Source: an uncultured Acidobacteriota bacterium (GTDB lineage: Bacteria > Acidobacteriota > UBA6911). Taken from it: a DNA stretch of 64,000 nt. The notes under the pieces were generated by a model. That model had not been told where the DNA came from, made no database searches, and saw nothing but the letters and a program-made list of their open reading frames with translations. Every line of letters starts with the position of its first letter. The first letter of the stretch is position 1. Shown in pieces: positions 44,101-56,650 of the stretch. A program made the translations under genes and the position numbers. The DNA lies in NCBI GenBank assembly GCA_963827655.1, contig CAWHCF010000020.1, positions 256,001-320,000 on the forward strand. The letters run 5' to 3'.

Positions 44101-44582
44101 AGATCCAGGGGCGCCTGTACGAACAGCCGGACGCGACCCTGAATGCCAGGAACCTGGCAGCGCAAAACCAGTAGATTCTCGCCCCTGCGGACCAGCCGCG
44201 TGACATCCAAATGCAGCCAGGGCTGCCCGGCCGGGCTCTTGCTCGCGAAGGCCCCGTTGAGCCAGGCCTCGAGTCCGGGCGAGTCGCTGACATCGAGCAA
44301 AACGCGATGTCCGGACGGAATCTCCGGAAGGTCAAAGCGATGGCGAAACCAGACTCTCCGGGTAGATCGGGGCAGCTCGTCTGATATTTCCTGCGCATTA
44401 TGAGGGACATGAGCAGTTTGCCACTTTGAGTCATCGAACTCGGGCCGCTCCGCCCCGCTGGCGGGTTCGAGACTGAACCGCCAGCCTTCGGCGATGGTAA
44501 TGCTAGCCTGCGTGTCTGCCAGAACGCTCTGACACCACGCAAGAAAAGCAAGGTAAATGCAAAGCCGACTGATGCGCCCCAT
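41157..44582 (-). CDS. GH2-like glycoside hydrolase with C-terminal FG-GAP/PQQ-type propeller
   Basis: FDDSKW, FGFRRFHFDADKGFFFNG, NHPSLISW, KKDAYYYYQS.W, VFSNCDVVELFHNG; repeats SSPAVVDLDGD. Confidence 0.85.
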   Translation of the reverse strand: MGRISRLCIYLAFLAWCQSVLADTQASITIAEGWRFSLEPASGAERPEFDDSKWQTAHVPHNAQEISDELPRSTRRVWFRHRFDLPEIPSGHRVLLDVSDSPGLEAWLNGAFASKSPAGQPWLHLDVTRLVRRGENLLVLRCQVPGIQGRVRLFVQAPLDLEPDSLMIDTPGWEGGAARVRIRTTVENVSTQDQSYAVTASVLDPQGKLLAKAETGTRSVAAGAKGGLELMTETIAQPPVWSLEKPQLCRVVAELRVQGTTVRKLESNFGFRRFHFDADKGFFFNGNHLKLKGTVYYKIGPGKFADRGSLWKYELGLIKGMGINFVRTAGGIDETILEEFDRAGILATVDVHADADRARVRENMRRDVQGRYNHPSLISWHFNGEGKDAAAGEVYSEAAKALRALDTTRPVFCVELGWRSPGTVGLIDADIAGQGNYTGWYEGTLEHIGPYMDSYRALLRERYGRDMPIIVSNYGAASDSDVHAGNPRRNDFSHEYHTAFHRRFEQEIARRPWVAGGLIFAFRDSKSGQPIPRHTWKGVIDMKEMKKDAYYYYQSIWTTEPMVHISEKSWTPRDSWPPGQPESIEVFSNCDVVELFHNGRSLGSRRKGERFSWEVQFREGLNSLKAAGERKGTKVQDTAELQIRQAPPQLETRLVPRPDTGDLKLEWESVKGVDRYNIHGSTSPDFIVSKENLLGTVPAPPYHTKPPRYGFYYKVVALSGEKSGPPSSSVGWAAGATEWRFANSGWLLSSPAVVDLDGDRQLEIVVGSYNGSLYAISREGKELWRFDSGGTVISSPAVAPLVPGEKPSIVFNSDGILYVLSADGRLRWKRDGIRQFDRSAKSPALGDLDGDGNLEIVAASDTGEVFALEHTGRLRWRFSTAGPRTRGLSLTTPVLIRAEGQATAVVFSADDGCTYLLDSQGKLRWKHDHRLGSSTPGLVPNTMTPAAGPLEEGGPVRIVVGAGHLKALDLDGHLVWERKDVRGMPQISQLSGDRTRQIVVSDAATIHVVDGRGSDQWKFSLENSRDFFTQAPVSADLDGDGRPDLIAGTRATYLCAISSAGKLLWKFQTDDELSGSPAIADLQGDGYADVIFGSRDGYLYVVGGERTGPNAAVSHQYRGDPGRAANYARPSNPSPPRAQRR

Positions 44583-44719
44583 GTGTAGCCCTTCCGTCAC
44601 TGTATTAGGATTCTTGGTGTTTCTTCGTGTCTTTGAGCCTTGGTGGTATTGGTTAGACAGCTCTAACCACGAAGGTCACAAGACACGAAGAAACTCGATT
44701 CGTCCCGGGGCGTCAATGC

Positions 44720-45730
44720 TCAACTTTCAAAAAAGGCCCCGTTACGTTCCTGGCCGAGCGCGGCAAATAAGACATTTTGCGGACCGTCGTCAGATTCGAA
44801 CATGGCCCCTCTGCGAACGGCCCGCCATTTGATGCTCGCGCTGGTTTTTTTGTTAAGGTAAACGAATCGGTTCGCGAAGTTGCGGGCTTGCTCCTGGGCC
44901 CCACCGCCGAACCACCGCACTTCCATGGACACCGTGGACGGAAACACCGGCCTCAAGGGCATGCCCGCACCATCAAGAGCTGCCTCCGTCCCACAGCGCG
45001 GTGAGAACGTTACCAAAGTCCGGCATCTGGGCATCACTCAGACAGAAGATAGCCTCTCCACTGGCGAAGTCCATCGCCACACTCGCCGGCGGGATAGGCA
45101 TGGTCCAGAAGAGCCCGGTTTCGGACGTTCCTGGGTTGTGATCATGGAGCTGAAAATCAAATTCGCCGAGGTGACCCACCTCGAAAACGTCCATTCAATA
45201 GAGTGCGAAGTTCCGTGGTGTTCGGATCCGTCGGTGCCGATGTAAAAACCGTTCATGAAACGGGCGTCAACGCCAAAGGGAAGACCGGTAGTTGTCCTTA
45301 TGACCGCGCCGGTAAAGGGATCCAGCTCGGTCCGCGTACCCGTTCCCTGGATGTCGAGGACGGCAACGTCTCCTCTGAAATTAAAGATCAGTGATGGCTC
45401 CGCCTGCGGTCCCCCGAAAGTAAAGTGGAAGAGTCTATCAGGAAACCGAGGACCTAGCGCGGCACGAGCATTGAAGCCTCCCGGAATCGGTACCGGGGCG
45501 GGGCTGCCAAGTGGATTCACGACAGAGATCGAGGGATTCTCCATCGCCTCGGTCTTATTCCGCAATCCAGCACCGGCGACCAGACTCATACCTGCGGCCG
45601 CCTGAATGAAATGCCTCCGCGAGACAGCCGGCCCAGGAGAGCCGGATTGGACGGTGTGACTTGGTCTTCCGCCGGAAGGCGTCGAACCGCGTTTGGACAA
45701 GTCGTCCCACAAATGGCGTTGACAGAACAT
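44720..45730 (-). CDS. Tat-signal hypothetical protein, candidate selenoprotein (UGA 45197-45195; two compensating frameshifts near 45209 and 44980)
   Basis: AAAGGAG RBS, SRRHFIQAAAG; the three ORF pieces join into about 336 aa; SECIS-like hairpin 45183-45167. Confidence 0.65.
45167..45197 (-). promoter_or_regulatory. Candidate bacterial SECIS element
   Basis: UGA-AUGGACGUUUU-CGAGGUG-GGU-CACCUCG: perfect 7-bp stem starting 11 nt after the UGA, with loop G/U at +20/+21. Confidence 0.6.
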
Positions 45731-45911
45731 CGCAAGATCTCCTTTCTCGCTGAATCGGTGATCAGTTTACCCAGAACCGGAATCGGTCAGTGAAGGTCCG
45801 GGTTCACACGGCGTTCCTTGTCGCTAACTGCTTGCAGCGTAAGGAAAACTCAAGTCCATGTCAAGCGTTTGCCAATCCGTTGCGGGTCTTCGTGGTTGTC
45901 CTCGAATCGCC

Positions 45912-45946
45912 TTGACATGGAGCGATGAAATCTAGAACATGTTCCA
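45912..45946 (+). promoter_or_regulatory. TTGACA -35 with operator site 7 (TAGAACATGTTCCA, 45933-45946) over the -10 region
   Basis: Upstream of the 46001 operon, divergent from the candidate selenoprotein gene. Confidence 0.78.
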
Positions 45947-46000
45947 CTTCCGGAAGGTTCCAGTCCCAATGTTCCTCTGGCGCGGAAACGCGCGCCCGCT

Positions 46001-48075
46001 TTGAGCGATACCAGCTTGCGAGCATCGATCGTCGTCGTCATTCTTGCGATTCTGATGAAACCCTCGGTTCACGCGGCCGATGGCGAGGGACGGGTGACGA
46101 TCTCGCCTGATTTCTCTGTCGCTGGAATGGCGGGTACCTGGACCGTCACCTTCACGGCCGGCCCGGGCGGACTTGCAACCGGAGGGAGCATCCGGATCGA
46201 GCTGCCAACCGGGTGGTCCGACGCGCGCTTCTCGGAGCCCCAGTTTACCAAGCCTGCGGCTGCGCACTACACCACGATCCGGACCTCCTCGAAAACGGCA
46301 AAACTCTACCGGCATCTTGAGAACTATCTGCCGCTGGAAGAAAAGCGTCACTGGTTCCGCAGAGTCATCTACGTAGGAGTTCAAGAAGGTGAGATCGCGC
46401 CCGGAGAGACGATCACGGTGGTCTACGGCGACACCGCCGGCGGCAAGAACCCCGGATCCGTAGGACCAAGGTTCGTCAACGATGGCATAGTAGTGGTCGT
46501 TTCGGACCAGGATGGCGACGGCCGGGGCAAGAGGGTCGCTGAAGCCCCGCACCTGGTAACGCGCGCTGCCGATCCGGTCGAGATGCAGTTGATTGCGCCC
46601 AGTCAGGCGGTCGTGGGCCGGCCGGTGGAAGTTCAGATCAATATCACCGACCGATTCGGTAACCTGGTGACCGATTACGCAGGGGAAGTCCGGCTGTCCG
46701 CTGCGCAGGGCCAGGTTCGACCCGACCGCGCGCGTTTCGCCAAGGGCTCGCTTCGGGTCGAAGTTATTCCGGAGAGGACCGGGTTTCTCCGGATTGAAGC
46801 GCGCGGAGAGGAGAAATTCGGAACGCCGCTCAGCAATCCTATTAATGTCGGGACCAGCCAGGAGAAAACCAGCCTCTATTGGGGAGACATACATTCGCAC
46901 AGCGGCATCAGCGAGGACGGCAGCGGCGGAGACCCGTTTCCATACGCGCGCGATGTGTCGCGCCTCGACTTCTACAGCTTGACCGATCACCTGAACGTGC
47001 GCGGCGAGGCCCTCAACAATATGGGCAAGGTCGGCAATGACTATGGCGAGGGAGTGCTGCCCAACGAATGGAAGTGGACGCGCGAGCAGGTCGATCGCTA
47101 CTATAGGCCCGGCCGTTTCGTTACACTTCTCGCCTTCGAGTACACGTTGATCTGGCCCTGGGGGCACCACAATGTGTATTATCGCGATAACAAGCAGGAT
47201 TACTTCATCGGAGACAAGGTGCCCACGACCGAAGCGCTCTGGGCGGCGCTGGACGAGAAGGGGGCGTTCACGATTCCGCATCACACCGGGATCGACTGGA
47301 ATGATGGCGGGGTCACGAGCGCAGCCGTGGAATGGCGCACACGCAACGATCGGATGCGCCCGTCGATCGAAGTCTATTCCGTTCACGGCCAGAGCGAAAT
47401 GTACGACTCCACCAGCAAGATTTCTTATGAGATTTCAGGCAGGATTCCGATTGATGGTCCTCACTACGCGCGCGACGGATGGCTCCGAGGTCACCGGATG
47501 GGGGTGATTGCTTCGAGCGACAACCATACGTCGCAGCCCGGGCAGAGGCAATACGGTCTCGCGGCAGTGCGGGCGCCTGGGCTGACGCGGGAGGCGATTT
47601 TCGACGCCCTGCGTAGCCGGCGAAGCTATGGCACCACGGGCGAACGTATCTGGATGGAGTTCAAGGTGGAAGACCATGACATGGGAGAAGAATTCCAGAG
47701 CCGCGCTTCACAGCCCAAGATAACGTTTCGAGTGGCGGGCACCGACACGGTTGATTTTGTCGAGGTGGTCAAGTTGGATCTGGTGGAAAAGAAGTACGAG
47801 CGGTTGGGCGTCCTGAATCCCGGCAGCCAGGATTGTGACGGCACGTTCTGGGATAAGAGCTTCAAGAACGACAGCATGTATTACCTCCGGCTGCGCCAGC
47901 AGAAGCCGGTGCGCGACCGCGAGGTATGGGCCTGGTCGAGTCCGGTTTGGGTCAGGAAAGCCGATCGGCAAGTGGCAGATGGCTGGAATCCAACAGGATG
48001 GTTTGCGTTCCTCGCGTCTTGTCTCGCCGCGCTCACTGCGAAGACACTGCGACGCGAAGGGAAGAGGAGGGTGTC

Positions 48076-48079
<4 letters not shown>
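46001..48079 (+). CDS. DUF3604-like PHP-fold metallohydrolase, secreted
   Basis: LYWGDIHSHS, LDFYSLTDH, GHHNVYY, IPHH, IEVYSVHG, ASSDNH, AWSSPVWV. Confidence 0.82.
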
Positions 48080-50338
<2,259 letters not shown>

Positions 50339-50361
<23 letters not shown>

Positions 50362-50608
50362 GCTTCCATTCTGAGTCGGTGTCTTGACGTTTCTTTGCTA
50401 ACGCTGAGTCTTCCTCGCCAGCGTCTCTCACTACGCGCCGTAGAGTCGCTCGCGCTGCATCGGCCTGGCCTGCAATGCGATATCTGCGCAGTGGTGGCTT
50501 TTGGTGGCTCGAACCGTCTCCTGAAAACCGGCGGTAGAGCCAAAAGGTCAGGATGAATGAGAGAAGCATAATCAAGGCGGGGACCACGACACCCCAGAAG
50601 AATTTCAT
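50339..50608 (-). CDS. Small single-TM membrane protein (true 3' end uncertain)
   Basis: MKFFWGVVVPALIMLLSFILTFWLYRRF, downstream of the SSS transporter. Confidence 0.5.
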
Positions 50609-50761
50609 GCCGGCGCCCGGGCTGTTTTAGATGGCTTTCATTCTTTTCCGGCCGATCCTTTCTTCCGGCGGCGGTAGCCGAGGAAAGCGCAGAGCATTCC
50701 CAGTAACGACGCCGCGTAGGCGATGGTCATCCCGACCACGACAGCCCAACCCTGCTCCACT

Positions 50762-51052
50762 CTATCTCTCCTCCCAGCTCATGATCCGGTCCAGTTCCTT
50801 GAGATACTCCTTCTGCCTTGCTTCGTATTCAAGCGAAATCGTCCTGAGCTTGGGATCGATAATCCAGTACATGACGCCCGCACACACAAGACCTGCGCCG
50901 GTCAGCAATATGCCCCATACAGGCAGCAGAAAGCAGAGGGCGCTTCCGATCGTAACCAACAAATAGGAGAGAGAGGAGAATACGACCGCCCAATAGTCTT
51001 CTTTGGTCCACTCGTCCGCCTCGTGGGCCGTCCATTTCCTGCGAAAGACCAT
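50762..51052 (-). CDS. Small two-TM membrane protein
   Basis: GAGGAG RBS; WTAHEADEWTKED followed by two hydrophobic helices. Confidence 0.75.
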   Translation of the reverse strand: MVFRRKWTAHEADEWTKEDYWAVVFSSLSYLLVTIGSALCFLLPVWGILLTGAGLVCAGVMYWIIDPKLRTISLEYEARQKEYLKELDRIMSWEER

Positions 51053-51109
51053 TTATCTCCTCACGGACGTCGTGTTTCCACCGCTAAGACGCGAAGACAC
51101 GAAGAAACA

Positions 51110-52696
51110 CTAAGGCTCGGCTTTAATCAATCGGAGCAGGCCGAGTCTTTCGGCTTCTTTCCTCACCGGACCCCAGAAACCGATGGGACGCGATTGCACG
51201 TAATATCTCACAAGATGGTTCAATTCGTCTGGCGCGGTCAGCAGCGTGACCGGGATGTAAATGACGAGGCCGAGCACCAGGAGCAGCCAGAACTGGACGT
51301 AGTCGGGGAGTACCGGCAGGATCCCAAAGGCCGGCAGCACCCACACGACCAGCCAGCTCAGGCCGAGATTGGCAATCCAGGACGCAAGGTAGCCCCAGCT
51401 GTTGAAGCGCCACCAGATCACCTGCAGGATATTGGGAAGCCAGACGCCGGCAGCCATTATCCAGATAGCGAAGATCAACCAGCGGGTGATCTCCTGCATC
51501 ATGGAGCCGTACACGAAAGAGCCTAGAAGCAGGACTAGAGTTGAGAGTCGGCCCACCCACACGAGCCGGCTTTGGCTTGCTTCAGGCCTTACGTAGCGGT
51601 GATAGAGATCTCGTGTCACGTAGAGCGCGCCCAGATTCAGGGATGAGGCAATCGTCGACAGGTGAATGGCCACAATTGCAGCGAAGAAGAAACCGATCAT
51701 GCCCGGCGGGAGATAGTCGAAACCGATCCGGTACCAGGCCATTTCGTATTCAGACGTGTCGGGGATGTTCGGAAAGAGCACGAAGAAGGCAAGCGCGGCG
51801 ACTGCCCAAAGCGAGTTGGTGACCAGGATCAACAGCGTGCCTGACCAGATCCCGTAGGCCGCGTCTCGAACCGTGCGCGCCGACTGGATGCGTTGCGCCT
51901 CGGTGTACCAGTCGATCGTGGTTCCCATTCCGAAGCCGCCCAGCAAGGCGATCACCACCATGGTGAGAAACCAGGCCGCCGGGAAATCGCCGGTGAAGAA
52001 GCCGGAGAAAGCAAAAGGGTTGATGCGCCAGAGCTGGTCCATTTCTGTCAAGCGCCGGATAATACCGGCAGGACCGTTCGCCACCACGACGCCCCAGACC
52101 GACACGATGACGATGGCGATACCCGCAATCACGCCCTGCTGGAAATCAGCCATCACCACTCCCCAGTAACCGGACGCGAGCGCGTAGATCGCTGAGACCG
52201 AAGAGAAGAGTACCATCCCTACCCATTGATCCCAGCCGAAGGCATAGTTGCAGACCTTCCCCATGGCCATTCCTACCCAACCCATGATGAACATCTGCAT
52301 GAAGATCTGCCAGCCGGCCATCCATCCGCGCAGCAGCTCGGCCCCGAGGCCGCTGAACCGGAGCGTCTGCCACTCAGCCTGGCTGTAGGCCAGAGAGCGG
52401 CGAAAGATACGAGTGGAGATGAACGCGCTCGTGGCGCACCACGCAGCGAAGAAGGCATACCAGATTCCGGTCATGCCGTAGCGATAGATTACGCCGGAGA
52501 TCCACATCGGAGAGTCGGTGGCCGTGTGGGTGGCAAATACAGACGACGCCGGCAGCCACCACGGCAGGCCGCGTCCGGCCAGAAAGAAATCAGATTCCGA
52601 GCGCTTCCCCAGCCGGTAAAAGAGGACGCCACACAGAGTCATCAGAACCAGAAATGAAAGAAGCCAGAACCAGTCAAGAAAGGTGAATACGACCAT
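51110..52696 (-). CDS. Sodium:solute symporter (SSS) family protein
   Basis: DFFLAGRGLPWW, AQRIQSA, HLSTIASSLNLGA.YVTRDLY, WWRFNSWG; many TM helices. Confidence 0.9.
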   Translation of the reverse strand: MVVFTFLDWFWLLSFLVLMTLCGVLFYRLGKRSESDFFLAGRGLPWWLPASSVFATHTATDSPMWISGVIYRYGMTGIWYAFFAAWCATSAFISTRIFRRSLAYSQAEWQTLRFSGLGAELLRGWMAGWQIFMQMFIMGWVGMAMGKVCNYAFGWDQWVGMVLFSSVSAIYALASGYWGVVMADFQQGVIAGIAIVIVSVWGVVVANGPAGIIRRLTEMDQLWRINPFAFSGFFTGDFPAAWFLTMVVIALLGGFGMGTTIDWYTEAQRIQSARTVRDAAYGIWSGTLLILVTNSLWAVAALAFFVLFPNIPDTSEYEMAWYRIGFDYLPPGMIGFFFAAIVAIHLSTIASSLNLGALYVTRDLYHRYVRPEASQSRLVWVGRLSTLVLLLGSFVYGSMMQEITRWLIFAIWIMAAGVWLPNILQVIWWRFNSWGYLASWIANLGLSWLVVWVLPAFGILPVLPDYVQFWLLLVLGLVIYIPVTLLTAPDELNHLVRYYVQSRPIGFWGPVRKEAERLGLLRLIKAEP

Positions 52697-52742
52697 ATGC
52701 GCAGGAACGATTTATCACGAAGACGCCCGGACGCAAAGCGGT

Positions 52743-52760
52743 TTGACGGAACATGTTCCA
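52743..52760. promoter_or_regulatory. TTGACG overlapping operator site 8 (CGGAACATGTTCCA, 52747-52760)
   Basis: Between the divergent SSS and SDR genes. Confidence 0.78.
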
Positions 52761-52900
52761 GAGCCAGGCGCGATTCTGGCTTGACCCTTCAGTTTTCCAT
52801 CGGCCAGAATGGGTCCCTTCCGAGAGAGGCGTTTTCGTGTCTTTGTGTCTTGCGGTATTTGTGACAACCGCGTATCAAGGTCTTGAGGAGTAACGGCACC

Positions 52901-53710
52901 GTGAACTTGCCCTGGGTAGAGACGTCGGCCTTCCGAGACCGTGTCGTCCTGATTACCGGCGGCGGCAGAGGAATCGGCGAGGGGCTGGCCGAGCGGTTTG
53001 CCCAGGCCGGCGCATCGGTCGTGATCAACGATGCCATTGCCGCGCGGGCCGGGGAGGTGGCGGCGAGGCTGCAGGGGGCGAATTGCAAGGCCAGCTCCAT
53101 AACGGCCGATATTACGAGAATCCGAGAGGTTGAGGCTCTCTTCCAGCAATGCGTCGAGCGCTACGGACGCGTCGATGTCTTTATCAATAGCGCCGGCTTT
53201 AGCGAGCGCCGCCCCCTGCTGGAGATTGACGAACCTTACTGGGATCGAATGCTGAACGTCAACCTCAAGGGCCCCTTTTTCTGTCTTCAGGCGGCGGCAA
53301 GGCACATGGCCGGACAGAAGAAAGGGCGGATCATCTGCCTGACCTCGATCGGCGCCCACGCGGCTCAAATGCACCTTGCTGCCTACTGCGCCGCTAAAGC
53401 GGGGATCGTTTTGATGACGAAGGCGGCCGCGGTGGAGCTGGGATCGCACGGCATTACGGTTAATGCCGTCGGGCCGGGGGCCGTGGAAGGGCCGTGGAAC
53501 AGGCCCTTCTTTGAGGATCCGGAGTACCGCCGGCGGTGGCTGGCTACGGCGCCTCTTGGAAGAATGGCGACCAATGACGACATTGCCGCCGCCGTCCTTT
53601 TTCTTGCTTCGGATGAAGCCGGCTATATCACGGGACAGGTCCTGTATGTCGAGGGAGGCAAGCTTTCTTATATTCCGAGCCCGGACTCCCTGCGCAATTT
53701 CTTTGAGTAG
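52901..53710 (+). CDS. SDR family NAD(P)-dependent oxidoreductase
   Basis: TGGGRGIG, INSAG, YCAAK, VNAVGPG. Confidence 0.93.
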   Translation: MNLPWVETSAFRDRVVLITGGGRGIGEGLAERFAQAGASVVINDAIAARAGEVAARLQGANCKASSITADITRIREVEALFQQCVERYGRVDVFINSAGFSERRPLLEIDEPYWDRMLNVNLKGPFFCLQAAARHMAGQKKGRIICLTSIGAHAAQMHLAAYCAAKAGIVLMTKAAAVELGSHGITVNAVGPGAVEGPWNRPFFEDPEYRRRWLATAPLGRMATNDDIAAAVLFLASDEAGYITGQVLYVEGGKLSYIPSPDSLRNFFE

Positions 53711-53840
53711 ATCGAGGCTTCTTTGGAGTGCAAGAACAGTCTTTTGTTCTGCCAACTCCAGTGACACGGCTTTCTCGAGGCTGTAGTTTGATTACGGCAA
53801 CGTATTGGGGCAGCGCGGGGAGAGTCGGCTCTGTGGGCGC

Positions 53841-54035
53841 CAGGGCCGAAGGCCCGGCAGTGAGTAGCCCCGCCCGTCAGGGCGGGTTTTCAACACCTCC
53901 AGGAGCGCGGAGGTCCGAAGGACCGGCACTTCGTGCTGCTGTCGCACCTTCAGGGCGCTCCGTCTTGACAGCACTTCTGAATCCCGGGCTGCGCTTCGCT
54001 TGCCCGGGCTAATTTCTGTCGCCCTTTCAGGGCTC
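53841..54035. repeat. About 200-bp REP/MITE-like element, copy 2 (inverted relative to 27445-27648)
   Basis: CAGGGCCGAAGGCCCG.CAGTGAGTAGCCCCGCCCGTCAGGGCGGG...GAGGTCCGAAGGACCGGCAC is shared with copy 1. Confidence 0.8.
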
Positions 54036-54252
54036 GAACTGCTCCAATGAGCGTTACTGTAGATTGCGAATGCAGTGGTAAGAGCTACGCGTTTCGTGAA
54101 TGCGGTGTCTATTCCTGATGGCTTGCTGCGCGAGCATAGGAGTTGTTCGTCGGCAGTGGGCGAAGCAAGCTTCGCCAAGACCAAAGGCGGTGGCAAGCTA
54201 CCGCACCCGCGTTACGTGTGATTTGGAAAGCGCTCGCGTCCCTGATCCGAAG

Positions 54253-54283
54253 GCTGACAGCTGACTGCTGACAGCTGATAGCT
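54253..54283 (+). repeat. Heptamer tandem repeat GCTGAC(A/T)/GCTGATA x4
   Basis: Directly before the ltaE RBS. Confidence 0.7.
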
Positions 54284-54305
54284 TCATCGTAAGGAGGTTG
54301 GATCC

Positions 54306-55371
54306 GTGCCCGACTTGATCGACCTGCGCAGCGATGCCTGTACCTTGCCGACTCTCGCGATGCGGCAGGCAATGGCCGATGCTGCCGTGGGTAACGACGA
54401 TTTTTCGGAGGATCCGACCGTCCGTCGGCTCGAAGAGACTGTCGCCAGGCTTGCTGGGTAAGGAGGCGGCGATTTTTGTTCAGAGCGGGACGATGGGAAA
54501 CCTGGTCGGGATCATGTTGCAAGTGGAACCAGGGGACCAGGTTCTTGCCTCCTCCAGCTTTCATGTCGTCGATTACGAGCTGGAGGCTATGCTGCGAATC
54601 GCCCGGTGTTCGTTCCGGATGATTGCCGAGGAAACCCGAGGCGGGGCCACCCGGCTTCTCCTGCCTCCTTCAAAAGCAAACGGAAACGGCCGCGATGCCC
54701 GGCTTCTTTCCCTGGAAAACACGGTCAATCGCCTCGGCGGGACCCTGCTGACGCTCGATCATCTGGAAGAACTCTACAGTTGGGCTGCTCAGCAGCATGT
54801 TGCCGTGCACCTGGACGGCGCCAGGCTCTTCAATGCAGCCTGCGCGCTCGAGGTGTCTCCGGCAGCGCTGGCACGGTTTGCCGACACGGTCATGGTCGTC
54901 TTCACCAAAGCGCTCGCCGCTCCGGCCGGCGCAGCCCTGGCCGGCGCGCGTGACGCCATCGATAGAGCGCGCCGCTTCCGGTGGATGCTTGGAGGAAACT
55001 GGAAGCAAGGGGGAATGATCGCGGCGGCTTGCCTGACCGGCGTGGAAACCATGGTCTCGCGTATACCCGAAGATCATCGCAGGGCGCGCCGCCTGGCCGA
55101 AGGACTGAATTCGATTCCCGGAATTGCGGTCGACCTGTCGCGTGTGGTAACCAACATTATCCTGATGCGAATCGAGGATAGCCGGATCGATCCGGCGCGC
55201 TTGAAGTCGGGTCTCGAGGAGAAGGGCGCGTGCATCGGCGCTTTCAGGCCAGGTAACATCTCGCGCCTGGTCACGCACAAGGATATCGACGACGCCGCGA
55301 TAGACCGTTTCCTCTCACTTGTGGAGCAGGGGGTCAAGAGCGATCTTGCGCGTTCGGCGCGCCGACGCTAG
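54306..55371 (+). CDS. ltaE: Low-specificity threonine aldolase family, PLP-dependent (frameshift near 54450)
   Basis: [48 protein letters not shown]; AAGGAGGT RBS. Confidence 0.82.
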
Positions 55372-55393
55372 AAATTCCGAAGCGTAGGACGAT

Positions 55394-56650
55394 ATGGTCA
55401 GAAAACAAAGTTCAGGTTCAAACACCCGCACCGTTGCTATCCTTGGCGCTCTGGACACCAAGGGCGCCGAGTTTGAGTTTCTCAAAAATGAGATCGAACA
55501 GCGGGGCCATCGGACGCTGGTCATCGACGCCGGCGTTCTGGCTCCACCGCCGTTTTCACCCGACGTCTCGCGTGAAGACGTTGCCCGCGCGGCCGGAGTC
55601 GAGATCTCATCGCTGATCGAAGCTCGGGACCGGGGCGCCGCCGTAGCCGCGATGGGCCGCGGCGCCGAGGCCGTCGTCTCGCAACTCTACTCGGGAGGCC
55701 GCTTCGACGCGATTATCGGAATGGGAGGCAGCGCGGGGACTGCGATCGGAACTCAGGCAATGCGCGCGCTCCCGCTGGGGGTGCCGAAGCTGATGGTATC
55801 GACCCTGGCCGGGGGCGACGTGACCGGCTTTGTCGGGGTCAAAGATATTGTGATGGTCCCGACCGTGGTAGACATCAGCGGCCTGAATCGAATCAGCCGG
55901 CGCGTGCTGGCTCAGGCGGCTGGCGCGATCTGCGGCATGGCGGAAAGCCGTGTCCGGACGACCGCTGAGAAGGCCCTTGTGAGCGCAACGATGTTCGGCA
56001 ATACGACCGATTGTGTCGAGCGGGCTCGGGCGCGGCTCGAGCAGGCGGGATACGAAGTTCTGGTATTTCACGCAACCGGAACCGGCGGGCGCGTGATGGA
56101 AAGTCTGGTTGAAGCCGGCGACATCGCGGGCGTGCTCGACGTAACGACCACCGAGTGGGCCGACGAATTGGTCGGAGGGGTGCTCGCGGCGGGGCCCAGC
56201 CGCCTCGAAGCTGCGGCCCGTTCGGGCACGCCGGCCGTGATTGCGCCCGGCTGCCTCGATATGGTGAATTTTTGGGCCCCGGAGACTGTTCCGCAGAAAT
56301 TCGCCAGCCGCCGTTTCTATCCGCATAATCCGAACGTGACGCTGATGCGCACGACACCGGAGGAGAACGCCGAACTGGGCCGTCTTCTTTCCGGGAAGCT
56401 CAATTTCTCGAAGGGTCCGGTCGCGGTCTACCTGCCGCTGCGTGGAATCTCGGTGATTTCCGCGCCGGGCGGTCCATTCTATTGGCCGGAGGCAGATGCG
56501 GCACTCTTCGACGCCCTGAGACGCAATCTTCGCCCGGATATTCCCGTTTATGAGATTGACGCCAACATCAATGATCCGGTTTTTGCCGACGCCGTCGCAC
56601 AAGGACTGATTGAAATGCTCGAGAGCAAGAAGATGAGAGAAACAGTATGA
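55394..56650 (+). CDS. Tm-1-like ATP-binding domain protein (UPF0261)
   Basis: [47 protein letters not shown]. Confidence 0.92.
   Translation: MVRKQSSGSNTRTVAILGALDTKGAEFEFLKNEIEQRGHRTLVIDAGVLAPPPFSPDVSREDVARAAGVEISSLIEARDRGAAVAAMGRGAEAVVSQLYSGGRFDAIIGMGGSAGTAIGTQAMRALPLGVPKLMVSTLAGGDVTGFVGVKDIVMVPTVVDISGLNRISRRVLAQAAGAICGMAESRVRTTAEKALVSATMFGNTTDCVERARARLEQAGYEVLVFHATGTGGRVMESLVEAGDIAGVLDVTTTEWADELVGGVLAAGPSRLEAAARSGTPAVIAPGCLDMVNFWAPETVPQKFASRRFYPHNPNVTLMRTTPEENAELGRLLSGKLNFSKGPVAVYLPLRGISVISAPGGPFYWPEADAALFDALRRNLRPDIPVYEIDANINDPVFADAVAQGLIEMLESKKMRETV

Noticed and set aside
45038-45040. TGA at 45040 as the recoded codon (needs no frameshift)
   Set aside because: No convincing hairpin at SECIS distance, and the intervening peptide in that frame looks like an off-frame translation; kept only as an alternative.
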